Source: Mobula hypostoma (lineage: Eukaryota). From it: a stretch of DNA of 64,000 nucleotides. The notes beneath the pieces were generated by a model. That model was not told the DNA's origin. It searched no databases and was given only the letters and a program-made list of their open reading frames with translations. Positions 34,011 to 48,330 of this stretch are shown one piece after another (within the stretch, counting starts at the first letter, position 1; the number at the start of each line of letters is the position of its first letter). Position numbers and translations under genes: made by a program. The stretch covers positions 99,760,001-99,824,000 of the forward strand of contig NC_086097.1 of the NCBI RefSeq assembly GCF_963921235.1. Direction: 5' to 3'.

Positions 34011-37000
34011 CACTTTGATCCTGAATTTTACAATTCATACACAACCAATTTTGAAAGTGTATTTTTATTCCTGCATGTTTACCATAACAAGCAGCATGAA
34101 AGAAAACTCCAAGGAAAAAGGCATAATATTTGGCGTAATACCTGATCCCAAATACAAGTTAAGCTGAAAGGGATGGCGAGGAGACATTTACTGAAGTGAT
34201 TCCAAGTATAGAACCAAGGCTGCTGAAGTAGCTGGTGAGGTCAGTCACAAGAAATGGCCAAGACACTAGGCAATAACCTAGAACTTCTTAACATCTAGAA
34301 CAACCTATTCCATCCAGACAACTGGAATAATAAAAAAAGTATGCTGGCAATGCCAAATATCATGGTCTTTAGCTTGGATTATCTTTTGTTAATGCTGATT
34401 GTACCATTAATTTTAAGGAAAGGTGGCACTGGGAGACCAATATTTTGATAGTGATCGTACAGCACATAGCAATGGAAGGGAACACAGAAGGGAAGGTTCT
34501 AAACTGGTTAAGAACAGGAAAAATATGTGAAAAGGTTAATCAGAAAGATGGGAGCCATTCAAGGGGCTCAAACTAAATGAGCTCCTTTGAAGGAGTGCCT
34601 AATCCAGAACCCCAGAGTGACAAAATCCACAGAGTACAAGACAAAGCTAAGGAGCTTATAGGAGACACAGCGAATAACAAAGCAGAAAACCTGGGAGTGC
34701 AGGTGTAGATGATATTAAAAGGAAAATTAAGGAAGTAAAGAGAAGGGTGGAAAATACTGGTATGTCAAAGAAAACAGAAAGATGTTAAGCAAGTAAAGAT
34801 AAAGATGAACAAAATAAAAGCCTAATATGGATGACGAAGGTAACCTGCGTGGAGGTACTGGATGTGTGGGTAAAGTTTCTTCTGAACATTTTGTAGCCGG
34901 CTTCACAAGAGGTGGATAAATAACATAAGACATAATCACAGTAGATTTTCAATGCAGAAGGCCATTAGCCTCATGGCACCGATACTAGTCAAAATCTACC
35001 CAACCAATCCCACCTCCCAGCACCGTAGCACTGCAGGGAACTTCTTTTCACATCTGTTTACATGAATTAAAGCCTTCCAGCTCTACCACCCTTTCAGGCA
35101 CTGAGTTCTAAACCACTCTGAGATAAAACTAATTTCCTCATCTGTGATCCTTCTAAATCAACACCACCTGGGTTCCCATTTATTTTACCCAATCCCAGCT
35201 TATGTGTTCCCCCACCACCCCAGCTTTCTCCATTCCAATGAAAAGAATCCCAGCTAGTAGAAAAATTAAAGCAGAATTTGCCGAAAACACTCAAGAGGGT
35301 GAGGCAACATTTGCAGGGACAGAAACAGTTAATATCCCAGGTCGCCAACCGTTTCAATGGAACAGGAAAAATCAGGAAGCAAACATATTATGTTACAAAG
35401 AAGGGGTAGGGAGTGCAGAGAACATGGGGATACCCGTGATGGGATAGAGACAGAAGGTGAATGCTTAAAAATCGTGCATATCTGGACGTATTTATAGAAC
35501 ATAATTAAAGAGGACAGAGAAAAGTATAATATTGGAACAGTGATACAAAACATAGCAGTTGCAGGAACTCTGAAATGAAACAATGCGACAATCATCAGGT
35601 CATGCATCTACAAAGAGAAACAAACTGATTAATGTTACACATGCTGTCATCAACCTCATGTTGTCCACATTATTTATTGTAAAGATTGTCACAGAATATT
35701 AACAATCAAGTTCACTTACGGCTTTCTTGGCTCCCACTGGGCCCTGATCACTGCTTGCTCATTACAACTTAAAACATTTTTAGATTTTCTTGATTTTATT
35801 TTCTTATGTTGCTTTCCCAATTATGCTCCTTCACTTTCCATACACTTCTAGGATTCCATTCCATTAAGCTATTTGTGTGAGATACAAGCTTTCTTATTGT
35901 ACTCACCATTGACCATGACATCCAGCAGGCTCTAGATTTGGGAATCTTACCCTTATTCTGACCAGCAGCATTCTTACTACATAGAGGTCTGAATTTCCTT
36001 CTAACCCCCGAGTCACCTTCATGTCCAGTTTATATGGATAATCTAAAATTGGCCTTTTCCAATTTTGAAACATTACCCCTATTTTCACTTTCACTTTTTC
36101 CAAGAGCTAAACCTAACATTTTAATCATTCCCATCAAAAATCCTCTCCGACTGATACACCTTTCAGCTGCCAACTTCATCTCCAGGAACTAAATCCAAGA
36201 TTGTCCCACTATTCTTATTGGAGCTTTTACATATTGGCTATAAAATACAGTACTATTTAGGACCTTTGCATCTTTCACACTGACCATACTGGGGTTAATA
36301 TTTGGGTTACCGAAATCCTTCACTACTTCCATCCTCGTACTGTTCAGCACTTTCCAGGTTTTATGATGCCAATGCATTTGTTGAAATCTGGCAAGTATTG
36401 GATTGGGTAAACATAGAAGATAAAAAGTCTAGTATCTTAAAAAGCTGATATATTGTTAGGCCAAGGTAACCATCTCCCAAGCTGTTAAAAGAATCAATAG
36501 TGAGTTCAATTTCTTTAACCCTACCCCCAACTACAGCACTTCCAGATAGTCAATAAATAGTTAAAAATGGGATAATTTATTTTATTAGCCAAAGTAAAAG
36601 AGCAGAGAGATTGAGAAATGAACACACTTCTGCTCACTGCATTAGAAGAAAAATGCATGGCACTGATGAGGGCACACATGAGGATGCTGCCAGTAGTGAC
36701 AAATTGCTGTAGAAAAGAATCAAGTACGATTTTCTCTTTTTAAAACAAAGAGCATAGAAAGCTGAGAGACTTAATTTGGTATAAAAATATAAAGTGTCCT
36801 AACAGGAAGTACTTATTGGCCTTAGCAGAGTGGTCAAAATCCAAGAGGAAGAGATTAGAGGTAATGGGTAGCAGAATAAGGAGATAAGGAAAATGTTTTC
36901 AACCAGAAGATGGAAGGAATTTGCTGCCTAATAGTGTGAAAGAGACAGGAACCCGCAGCACATTTAAACTGTACTTCCATTGTATTTAAGGGCATGTTAC

Positions 37001-37389
37001 ATACCTGCTGCTAACGGTGAGTTTAGGTGTTTGCGAGGAGAGATATGTTGAAGAGGACGGCCAGTTTAAAATGTTAAAATTAGACAGGTTGATGTGAAAT
37101 AATTCACTATATTGTGCTGTCCTGTGACTTTGAATAGCAAATGGGAGGAAACCCCATTTGAAATCAAATAGATGTCTGTGCAGATATTTGGCAGACAAAA
37201 GGAAAAACTCCCACACGCAACTTTCACATTGATCAGATCAAGTGGCTTCAGTCTACAAGTAGTATGAAGTAAAGTTTTCTTCAAAATCATAATGAATTTT
37301 AACTACCAAATAACAAGGGCACAAATAAGCAGACCTGAGAACATGTAGCATCTCAAAACAATCTCGGCGGGGGGGGAAGAGCAACTTAC

Positions 37390-37437
37390 CATAGCTACAT
37401 CATCTAAAATGCTCTGTGGTGAACTGTGTGCCATTAC
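37390..37437 (-). CDS. RBM25: RBM25 exon (PWI)
   Basis: 48 nt, VMAHSSPQSILDDVAM, TAG acceptor and GTAAGT donor. Confidence 0.95.
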
Positions 37438-38126
37438 CTATAGAAGAAAAATAATTCAATTACAAAATATATATTGCAACCACAGTCAGTTGTCTTTACA
37501 ACTTACTTGTAGATAAGCTATTCAGTTACACCTGTTTTAAAAACTTTGAATTCTGTAGCCTAATACTGTACACAAAAGAAATCATGTCACAAAGAAATGG
37601 TGCCAGCTTTGAGTATGATTCCCAACTTGTAGTTTGCCCCTGCTTGAATTTTGAATACAAACACCAAATGAAAAATGCTCAGGCATTGAGCAGTACCACT
37701 GCTTTTCAAATTAACAGGCATTATAAAATACTTCAAGTACCCTGATGGTTTAAGCACATATAAAGCACAGAGAAAGGGAACAGTAGTTTAAAAATTCTTC
37801 TATTAAAGAAGAGTCACAGTTTAAGTATGATAAACAAAACTCACACCATTAATATATTCTGGTTATAAATGAACACAGCTTCATACTTAAGATCATACCC
37901 AGGGGGTTCACAACCTGATACCTTCACCCAAAATGTAAATTAAACCAGGTATACAGAATACACAATCAACCCACTTTCCTTGCACAGGATGCTTACATGG
38001 TCAAAATTTCCATCAGATTCCACCTGTTTAGTGCCCTCAATACATGCTTAGTTGTGGCAGAGTTAAATATGTTTAACAGTGGTTTAATACATTCTTTTAA
38101 AAAGATCTTTTGAAGAGATCAATTAC

Positions 38127-38225
38127 CTTTGAACAAACAAAGTCTACTAGTGTAGCCTCTTCTTCACCAATATATTCTATTATTTTTTTATTGATCCACG
38201 GTCGAATGCGTCGGTCCATCAAGTT
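38127..38225 (-). CDS. RBM25: RBM25 exon (PWI)
   Basis: 99 nt, NLMDRRIRPWINKKIIEYIGEEEATLVDFVCSK. Confidence 0.96.
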
Positions 38226-38489
38226 CTATTGGCAAAGTACACAAATATTTATTCAACTTTAGCTGTAAAGCATGCTAATTAGATTGTAATGTCATCAATA
38301 TAAATACAATTAACTTATGCAAGGTGATACAGAAGAGAATGGGTTTAATCTGACAGGGCTCTCTGCAATAAAAGGGAAGTTGGGTCAAGTCAACTTCGAG
38401 TCAACATCTTGGATTAAGTGGAAGCACTTTGCAAAGAACAGATGCATCAGACCATTGTTACTAACCCACCTTCCAGTCAAATAAATCCA

Positions 38490-39810
38490 TTTCAAAATTA
38501 CAGTGTGGTTAATAAATAATACTAGGTATGGCTTGCAGCTAATTAAAACTTTAGTTAGGGCACACTTGAGCATCGTACGCAATTCTGGCCTCCCCCTTAC
38601 AGATGTAGAAGCTTTGGAACGGGTATGGAAGTGGCTTAGCAGAATGTCATCTGTATTACAGGGCGGGAGCAGTAAACAAACTTCTCTGAATCATCAAAGA
38701 CCAAAGGAGACTGGATAGAAGCTTGTAAAAATTACTGGAGACATATGTAGGGTAGACAGACAGAATCTTTATCCCCAGGATACAATTCATCAAATACTAG
38801 AAGACATACATTTGAGGTGATAGAAGCAAACTTTAAGAGCGAGGTCCAGGGAAACTGATTTTTCTTTGTACACAGAATATGTTGGGTGACTTAACACATT
38901 ACCAGGGGTGGTGCTGGAATCAGATATGATCATGGTATTTCAAAGGCTTTTACAGAGACACATGATCATGCAGGGGATAGAGGGACATGAATCATATGCA
39001 GGCAGAAGAGATTGCTATTGTTTTCAGCACAGACATAGCAACCTAAAGAGCCTGTTCCTGTGTTGCAGTGCTTTATGTTCTATGATTGTTTTAAAGCCAG
39101 AAACAAAGGATCAGATTTTCAAACTGTATGTTTTCCACCAGTCACTTCATATCTTGGCATGAAGCAATTCACTCAAGTAATATAGTTTTCATTTTCTACT
39201 TTTGCGCGAGCACAAGTAGGAGATGTGCAAATTATGTACATCTGTGAGAGTTCTTCTGGAATACCATGTACAGATCTGATCTCCTTAAGGATAACACTAG
39301 GTATGGCTTGCAGCAAATTAAAACCTTAGTTAGGCCACACTTGAGTACTGTATGCAATTCTGGATACCAAAGGACATGGAAACCAATTACAAGGTGCCCA
39401 ACAAATGATCACCAGGTTTGTTCATGGGATGGAAGTGGAAAGAACGTGCCAAGGAGAATTAAATCAGTCTTGGGAGCGTAGATGAGAACTGATCTGATTG
39501 AAACAAATTCTTTCAGAGCTTGGAACATTATATGCAGGGATGAAATTGCCCTTGGTGGAGGTGCCTGGAGTCAGGGATCACATTCCCGAAAGAAGGGTCA
39601 ATCCTTCAAGGTGAGTAGAGAAGTGATTTCTCACCCAGAGGGACATCAAATCCTTGGGATACTCCACTTAAGAGAGCATGCAGACTCAAATTATCAAAGT
39701 CAAGAGCAACTTTAAGTGATTAGATGGTGCAGTTAAGAGGCGCTGAGGTAAAAAAAAAATTGCCCATCTGCTAACTGAATGACCTACTCCTGCTATTATG
39801 TTCTTAGTCA
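38490..39810 (+). mobile_element. Two old CR1 3' fragments
   Basis: KTLVRPHL-type motifs at about 38545 and 39320, with CR1-like tails. Confidence 0.6.
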
Positions 39811-40041
39811 TAGAGTAAGAGCATGGAAACAGGCTCAAGTTGTCCATGCCAACCTCAATGTCCATCAAGCTAGTACCATTTTCCAAGCATTTAGCTCATA
39901 TCCCTCCTATCTACGTACTTATTCAAATATCGTTCTTGTAAATGCCTCAACCACTTCCATGAACACACCACCCCCCTGATAAAAGCTGCCTGAAGTTCCT
40001 TTTAAATCTTTTACCTTTCAGCTTATACCTTTGCCCTATAC

Positions 40042-41036
40042 CAGGGATGGCCAACCTATGGCGCATGGGATGATTAGAAGTGGCACATTGCACCCCAGTG
40101 ATAATAATAAAAAAGTCAGCCTCCTCATGCAACAAGTATTAACTAAAATCGGATTTGTAGAAAAAAATCTATAACAGGAATTCAAGTAGCTTAGAGCTAG
40201 AAATGGGTTTTACTGAGAATAAATCTAAAACTTAGCAATTATTTTTAGCAATGTTATTTCGTGCACATCTTTTGGTGAATGTTATCTTCTTTCACATTAA
40301 TCTGTTTTCAATTTTAAAAAAATGTTCAATGAGTCAAACTAGGAAAGAAGGACTTTTGTTCTGCAGTCGTTCCATAACTGTTCAATACACGTTCGATACT
40401 TGTTTGATCTTGAGGCGCCAGGCGTCTGCACCAGTGGTGCGTCGCTGGTTTTTGCCAGTCAGTTTACAATCGACACTCGTGCACTACGGAGTTGTGCTTT
40501 GTTCATCCTTTGTGAACATTTGCAGTTTTGTACTTTTTCGAAAATTAAGCCTTGTTTTTACATTCAGTTACCCATCACAGTGCAAAAGAAAAGCAGGAAG
40601 TGATAGTAAGCGTGAATTCAATGAACGGGGGAAACGAGTTCTATTTATAGCCGGTCTGTCAGGAAAACCGTTGTGCATTGTTTGTGAAAACACTTTCTCA
40701 CATAATAGAAGACAGGATCTTAATAGACACTATAAAACACAACATCAGACTGAAATAGAAGGAAAACTGAAGCTAGTGCTTGGGTCTGAGTTACAGAAAG
40801 AATATGTGATTAAGAAAAAGGAAGAAATCAAAAGAAGACAAAATATATTTGTTAAATTAAGGTAAGTAATGTTTATCTTGTTTTTATATTAAATCAATTT
40901 ATCATGTAAAATGCTAAATATGTCTATATTAACATATTTTTACAAGAATTGAATGGGGGTACAGGAGTTGTATGGCGCATCTGAACTCGGGCATGAAAAA
41001 ATTGACGCATGGAATGTAAAAGGTTGGCCACCCCTG
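40042..41036 (+). mobile_element. Non-autonomous hAT transposon, inserted in a minus-strand CR1 fragment
   Basis: TIRs CAGGGATGGCCAACCT / AGGTTGGCCACCCCTG; 8-bp TSD CCCTATAC / CCCTATAT. N-terminal zinc finger KPLCIVCE...LNRHYKTQH. Confidence 0.9.
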
Positions 41037-42312
41037 CCCTATATGTTTTAGTTCTCCTCTGGACAAGTCTTTTCTTTCATTACTGAAACTGCTAAAGAAA
41101 CTTTGAATATAAAAAAAGTTTAATGACAGATCTAATTTTTCTTTGAAGTGCCATAATTGGTGTCACTTGCATGTGAGCATATAATTCAAAGGAGCACTTA
41201 CTGCAATGTACAGGCGGAAGCACGTATTTTCTATTCATACCCAAGCTGTTGATGTAACTGACAAGAGAAGCCCTAGTGCACGTCTAGTTACCAAGATGGT
41301 CATCAGTAATATTCTTCACAGCAATTTGCTCAGTGCTAGAGCCAAAGTCTTTTAGTCTTGTACAAACTGCTGCACCACCACACTGCCCCTCCCTTTGATA
41401 CCCAGGCAACACCTATTCTGTACAGTGGCAGCCAACACTACTAGCTGACTAGATGTCTGCTCTATTGCATAGCACACATGTGGAGGCAGACTTACAATCC
41501 AAACTACATCCAAAGGCAGCTCACAGCAAATAAGAGTTGCACCTACTTCCTCCATACCTGCCCAAAATAAGCAGTGTGCTTCAATTTCACACACATCTAT
41601 CTCAGAGCGAAATGTGGGTGGAAAACCATGGCTAGAACAATAATTTTTTTAAAAGTTCAATGTGGAATCTTTTTAAAAGAACTCTGTGAAATTGCATTGT
41701 CATGAGAATTCCAGCAGTACTGCACCCCTCATCTCCTAAAACAACTGCATCTCTAAGATTTGGGCAATTCTGGGGATTCCTCCCAATGGTTGGGCAGATT
41801 AAGGCAGCTGGGGGAAGAGTGGCCAAATAGGATTGAAGTGGTCCTGTTGCAAATGCTGGTAGACTGGGATGTCAGCACCAGTTTGCTCACATTCAAGATC
41901 ATTGTAGCATGATTTAACAATGAACAGTTACGGCAGGATTCTGTTCCCATGAACCGTCTGTAACCCAATCAGTTTACAAGTCAGAAATATGGTTATGAAC
42001 TGAGTTTTCATATGGCAGAAGGTGACCACAGCAGCCAGCAAATCCATTTCACTAGTTTTCCAAGCACTTGTCTACAGGCTACTTACGTACATGCAGGAAA
42101 AAAGGCATTCATAAGCTGGGGAAGACTTGTACATTAAGACTTGAAACACTCTTGTGTTAAAACAGAAAACAAATTATGAATTGAATACTCCCCGGTCCCA
42201 TAATAAAGCAAGGAGGACAAAACAATATACCCTTCACTTCTGTTCAAAACTTCCTTGTTACAGTTATTCTTACCGGTAAGAAACACTCACAGATACAAGT
42301 GCAGATACGTAC

Positions 42313-42587
42313 CGTATCCACAATAGACCAGTCAAGAGGATAGGCAAAAAGTTCTGGTTTAGCTGTAGGGATTTTCTCAATCAGATTTTTTATGTGTTTT
42401 CGTTTTTCTTCTGTATTGACATTTCCCTTGGAGGCACTCTTCTCATCTTCTGAATAATCCAATGGGACAAGTTTCCGCTTCCTAGGAACTTCATCACTAT
42501 CTTCATCTTCAAACTTATTGAAAACACTATCAACAGGCAGTTTCTTTCGTTTGACTGAAATTGGCTGACTTGGGCTATTGGAACCAC
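42313..42587 (-). CDS. RBM25: RBM25 exon
   Basis: 275 nt, KRKKLPVDSVFNKFEDEDSDEVPRKRKLVPLDY...IPTAKPELFAYPLDWSIVDT. Confidence 0.96.
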
Positions 42588-43251
42588 CTAAACAGAGAAA
42601 AAACAAATCAGGTTCAGTAATGGTTGGGACCAAAGCACGATTAGACTAGAGTAGCTTAGCTTAGCTTATTGTCATACATGGAAAGGCACTGAAATTCCTT
42701 GTTCTGCGGAAGTTCATAGAATGCACAGTAATAACAAATATTGGAAAGTGGAAAGTAGCAGAATGGTGCAAAGACTACAGAGTACTCACAGATTAGCACA
42801 AATTTCAAATAATATATAAACTGCACATGGCACAAGGACAACTTTATTCTGTCATTATTAAGAATCATGGTGTGAAATGGAAGTCTAGACTGAAGAGTTA
42901 GTACCCGATGAAGTCAAAATCCAGGGTACCTTTTCCACTCTTGACCATCAGCTCTAAGCTTTGTATATTTTAATTTGCTATCACATCCATTCCTGTTTTT
43001 TTTCACCCTATAAGTAAGGATGCAATTTTTAGTGCCAGCTCCACCAGATTAGATTGCTGGTAATCATTTTACAGAATAACCTTTAGCTTACAGGCTAAGA
43101 TTTCCGTATTATTAGCCTGCATTATATTTAATCCAGAGAAGAAACCTGCTGTTTAGTACACTGAACAAGAAAAGGCAATTTCAACACAAACACACACAGA
43201 ACAGGAGTAGATACGCACAATGCAATTTCACCGTTTTTATTACTGCCTCAC

Positions 43252-43570
43252 CTAGTTTCAGGCTCAGTCCAATTTTAGGCCGCTGCTCTTCTTGCTGTTG
43301 ATCAGGAGAGTTCTCATGTGGAATGATAATGCCACATGGGGATTCATCGGCAGGTGTGTTTGGTGTGGCATTTCCACTTGCTGATGAAACAGATGGGACG
43401 GAACTGATAGGGCGCAAGGTGGGTTTAAGGCAGGGTTTCTGCTCAGGTTCTTCATCCTCTTCCACTCGGCGTTCCTCTTTCTCTGGCTTTTCTTCCTCCT
43501 CCTCCTCCTCTTCTGATTCTGGCTCTTGTTTAATTGGCTGCTGCCGCCGCCTTTCTGCCTCCTGTTCCAT
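43252..43570 (-). CDS. RBM25: RBM25 exon
   Basis: 319 nt, MEQEAERRRQ...SSASGNATPNTPADESPCGIIIPHENSPD...KIGLSLKL. Confidence 0.96.
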
Positions 43571-44523
43571 CTGTTGGTGATAATAAACAACTGGCATTAG
43601 TTCCACTACAAACAGAGTTCAAAGCCCAGGATAAAAAATTTCTGATGACAGATCATCAGCCTAAATAATTTTGTTTTCCTTTTCACAGATGCTGCCTGAC
43701 CTGCAAAGTCTTTTGTTTGAAGAATTTTATTAGACAACTCAACAGCCTCGGTGGCTGTTACTTACTGATACTTATAATCATAATGCTATGACAACATAGA
43801 TTCTGTCAAATATCCAGCAATCTATTTACCAATGATGGTACAAAACAAAGCTTCCCCTATAGCAGCCTGATACATCAATTTATATCATATTCTGTCCAGA
43901 AAAGCTATAACAAAAGAGGAAATAATGGTTGGTGGATTGAATTACTTGCTTCTAAGTATTAACGTACTTTTAGATTTTTTAATCTTTGTTTCAATGAGGA
44001 GCCAAACATTTTGTTCTAATTTTACTCTGTTCATAATTTCAATGTACGAAAAACATTTTCCCTCGAAGTTAATAATGCCTTCCTTCCATTTCAGTATAAT
44101 AAATTATGCCTCGTCATGAAATATAATGCTATAATGGTGACTCAGATTTAAATAAAATACAATGTATGTTAACAAATTCACATATCAAGTATAAAGATAG
44201 TGTGCTTGTTGGTTATGAAGTGGTACCAGAGCAGTGTCATGCACAGGCATCTTCCTTGAGATGGAACTTCAGTAATAGACAGTAAATCTAAAAAAGATTA
44301 CTTTGCTGCATTTGTAAACTGATTCTGTTGTCCAGTACAAGTTAACAGACAAATGTAGCATCGTGATATTTTTATATGACTAATGGGGTACATAACTAGA
44401 CTATTGCTACACTATCACCTGTAATATAAAACTCCTTCCAGTAACTATCTAATAACATGCATTTAAATGCAACTACAACGTTGTTTTTAAATCATTGAAA
44501 AAAATCTTCAAGTCACGATTTAC

Positions 44524-44674
44524 CCTCTGAAGCTCTGCATCAGGATCTGGGTGTCCTTCTGCCAACAAACGTTGCCGAATTTCCTCATGTTCCTCCTTCT
44601 CTCGCTTGCGATCTCTTTCATCTGCTTCCATTTCTTTCTCTCGATCTCTTAAGCGTTTCTGCAAAGCACTTCCT
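44524..44674 (-). CDS. RBM25: RBM25 exon
   Basis: 151 nt, GSALQKRLRDREKEMEADERDR...LLAEGHPDPDAELQR. Confidence 0.96.
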
Positions 44675-44767
44675 CTGAAATTAAGACAAGAGTTTTGTTC
44701 AAGTACATAAACTGAAGATGAGAAAATATACTGTGGATATTTCAGAAGATCTAAACACAAGAATCAC

Positions 44768-44841
44768 CTGTAATATTTTGGATCATCTCGATCATCATCA
44801 TAGTCTTCTAAAAACTCCTTCAGTCTTTTTGCCTCTTTTGT
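44768..44841 (-). CDS. RBM25: RBM25 exon
   Basis: 74 nt, TKEAKRLKEFLEDYDDDRDDPKYYR. Confidence 0.95.
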
Positions 44842-46006
44842 CTGTGGATAAAGGTACATTTAAATTACTATTTATAGCTGAAGACTTACCATTAAATAAA
44901 CTCCACCAGTAGAATAACCTGCAGCATAGCTTTTTTCCTTACTCAAAGGATGTGGGCTTTGCAGGCTGAGCCAGCATTCCCCAGATGCCCTCGCTAAGAT
45001 GATGGTGAACCACCGCAGTTCTATAGTAGGGACATACCTACAATGCAATTATGGAGGCAGTACCAGGATTTAGCCTCGGTGATGGTTTAGGTTGGTCGCC
45101 TGGATGTCAGTTATGTGCTCTATCTTGTCATGAATGTGGCTGTGACTTTTATTTTTTTTTTGAGTTTGGTTGGCCATGCACTCGCCCACACAGGTGGAGG
45201 ATTGTCCATCACACCAGTTTGTGGCTCGTGAATGATGCGAAGATTTTGAGATATGACTGAATGAGCACTTTTCACAGCCTAGATGAGTTCTGGTCAATGG
45301 TGACACCCCAAAATGTTGATGGAACAGGTACTCAGTGACAGTATTGACACTTGAGTATCAAGACTAGATGTTTGAATTCTCTTGTGTTGGAAGTAATTGC
45401 AGAGGTAACAAAAAAAGCCATCGAACAGTTTAATTTCCTAACTTAGAGACTTTGTGTAGTGTGTACAATTCCTTAATCACATTGATAACCACAAACCACA
45501 GCTATTGTTTATACTGTGCTTTGAATATTGCCGCAGTATATAGAGTCATTCATAAATCTATCCAAAATTCCCATTTTGCTATTTCATCTCCTGAAGAGAT
45601 TATTCTCAAACTTTCCTACACAAATCCATAATGATTATATTCCCAAGTACTAGTCAGTCAAGCCTTCAATCTACTCACTATATGAGGAACAAGATTGCTG
45701 GAATATACGACACCTGAACTAGCAAATTTCTAGCCTCAGTGTAAAGATGTCATAGCAGCACAGCAGGTACAGCTGCTATTTCACAGTACCAAAGACCCAC
45801 TTCAATCTTCCACTTCAGGTTTCCTGCCATGCCTCAAAGGTGCATCGGGTGGTAGGTGAATTGGCTACTCTACGTTGCCGTTAGAAGGCAGTAGTGGTAG
45901 AGTTCTTCCCATTCAATCTCTCCTCCTGAGGTAACTCCTGATTGCAGGAATTAATGTATGAAATCATGCTACTGTATTCACTCTGAAAGAAAAGCACCCT
46001 TTAAAG

Positions 46007-47122
46007 CAGCGGTCCCCAACCACCGGGCCGCGAGGGAACGATATGATTTGGCGATATGAGTCAGCTGCACCTTTCCTCATTCCCTGTCACGCCCACTGTT
46101 GAGCTTGAACACACGTGAGGTCATTACCCGCGCGTCATCCGTGTCAGAGCGGGAAGGAGATCAACTCCTCGAGCTTGCAAATGACGGCGGGCTGAAAAGT
46201 ATGTTTGACATAACATCTCTGCCGGCATTCTGGATCAAAGTCAAGGGCGAATATCCTGAGATAGCCACGGAAGCACTGAAAACATTGCTTCCATTTCCAA
46301 CTTATCTCTGCGATGAATGTAACAAAAACTAAATTGCGGAATAGACTGGACATAAGGAAGCCCCTTCGAGTATCGCTGTCTCCCATCACCCCTCGATGGG
46401 ACTGTCTTGTTGCAGGGAAACGAGCCCAGGGCTCCCACTGATACAGCGATATTGGTGCGTCGCAATGGTTTTATATGTTCATACGGGGAAAATATGTGCT
46501 GTGTGTTTAATATCCAAATGTTACTTAAAATGTGATGATGCTATTGACTTATATAACCATATAACAATTACAGCACGGAAACAGGCCATCTCGGCACTTC
46601 TAGGCCGTACCGAACGCTACTCTCACCTAGTCCCACCGACCTGCACTCAGCCCATAACCCTCCATTCCTTTCCTGTCCATATACCTATCCAATTTTACTT
46701 TAAATGATAATATCGAACCTGCTTCTGCCACTTCTACTGGAAGTTCGTTCAACACTTAACTTCAAGCTCCCCTGATAATTAACTTATCACTATATTCATG
46801 CGAGGAAAATATGCGCTGTGTGTTTAATATTAAATTCGTTAGATAAACCCTTTTAGAAATGAAATTGAGTGTATTAGCCACTTATCACCTATATTCCGGT
46901 CATGATTAACACCCCCCCGCCCCCCCCCACCACCGTACAGAATCGCCAAAAAGTATTTGCAGGGGAAAAAAAAAATCGGCAGGTCACAATGCGCATGCGC
47001 ACTGGTGCCCGCGCAAGGCTTCATCGTCATTGTGGGTAAACTCAACGTATTTGACTACTGGTCCGCAAGAATATTGTCAATATTAAACCGGTCCGCAGTG
47101 CAAAGAAGGTTGGGGACCCCTG
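46007..47122 (+). mobile_element. Non-autonomous hAT (Charlie-type) transposon containing a CR1 tail
   Basis: TIRs CAGCGGTCCCCAAC / GTTGGGGACCCCTG; TSD CTTTAAAG / ATTTAAAG. Dimerisation-domain remnant FWIKVKGEYPEIATEALKTLLPFPTYLC. Confidence 0.9.
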
Positions 47123-48070
47123 ATTTAAAGGGAAAAACTGCAAATAATACTCTTGGAAAAGGCCCCAAAAATCTCTTGACATCTACAGGCAAGAATTTCT
47201 TATTCTGCCATTTCAACACACTTGCAATAAAAGTAAATATCTAACAAATATTTACATGTTAACTTTGTCATATATAAATGACACCCAAGTCTCTCTAAAA
47301 ATATTTAATATTTTGTCACAAATGTGCAAGATTTAATATTTTAAATTTCTCAGCCAAAATAAATAACTTTGCATTTCCACTTTCTTTCCTCCTCAATCGG
47401 ACCTCATTCTTTTGTACTTTGTCTTCCTAAAAGCTTCATTAGCAGGTAACTAGAAAATTATAATCAATCTCTTCCTCCAGTTCTCAATATAGGTTGTAAA
47501 TTCCCTTCCCTTCAAAGAAACCTTATAATCTATTTTCAATAAAGGTCCTTCAGTTAACAATTTGAATAGCTTTATATTAATTTTCATTGACAATATTTTT
47601 TAAATGGTTCCCATTATTATCTATTATGACAACCTGAGACCAAGTTTCACAAATCGTTCTAGCCACCTCATCATACATATTTAATTGACTTTGTTTAAAT
47701 ACAAGTGCAAGATTGAATTCCATTTTACCCAGGAATGACTGCAAAACTGGTCTGCACATTAGCTGATTTTATGACATACTGTTCAGGCAGTCTCAAATGC
47801 ATTCAGCAATCTCATTTTCTGAACTACCTTTGCTGGTTTGATTTATTCAGTCTTGCATTGTGAATTTCCCATTGAATGTACAATTTGACAAGGGCAACTA
47901 TGGATTTGACATTTCACTTGGAGTACCTCAACCCAAAGGTCAAGTCTTAAAATTCATCAGGAGAGAAGCAAGGAACAGCTGAAGTGAAATTAGGTACAAA
48001 TCTACATCATCTAAATCCAGGATTTTTGAAAGGAGGCCTTTGTGTAAGTTAGGCATCAACAGGCAATAGT

Positions 48071-48330
48071 AACACAAACACAAGGAAACCTGCAGATGCT
48101 GGAAACTCAACACACAAAAAATGCTGATGAATGCAACAGGTCAGGCAGCATCTCTAGGAAGAGGTACAGTCGACATTTCGGGCCGGGACCCTTTGTCAGG
48201 ACTAACTAAAAGGAGAGAGAGTAAGAGGTCTGAAAGTGGGAGGGGGGGGGATCCGAAATGATAGGAGAAGACAGGAGGGGAGGGGTGGATCTAAGAGCTG
48301 GAGAAGGGAGAGGATCACGGGACGGGAAGC
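48071..48330 (-). mobile_element. Penelope tail fragment
   Basis: Aligns with 18052-18340; hammerhead core mutated (CTGACAA). Confidence 0.8.
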
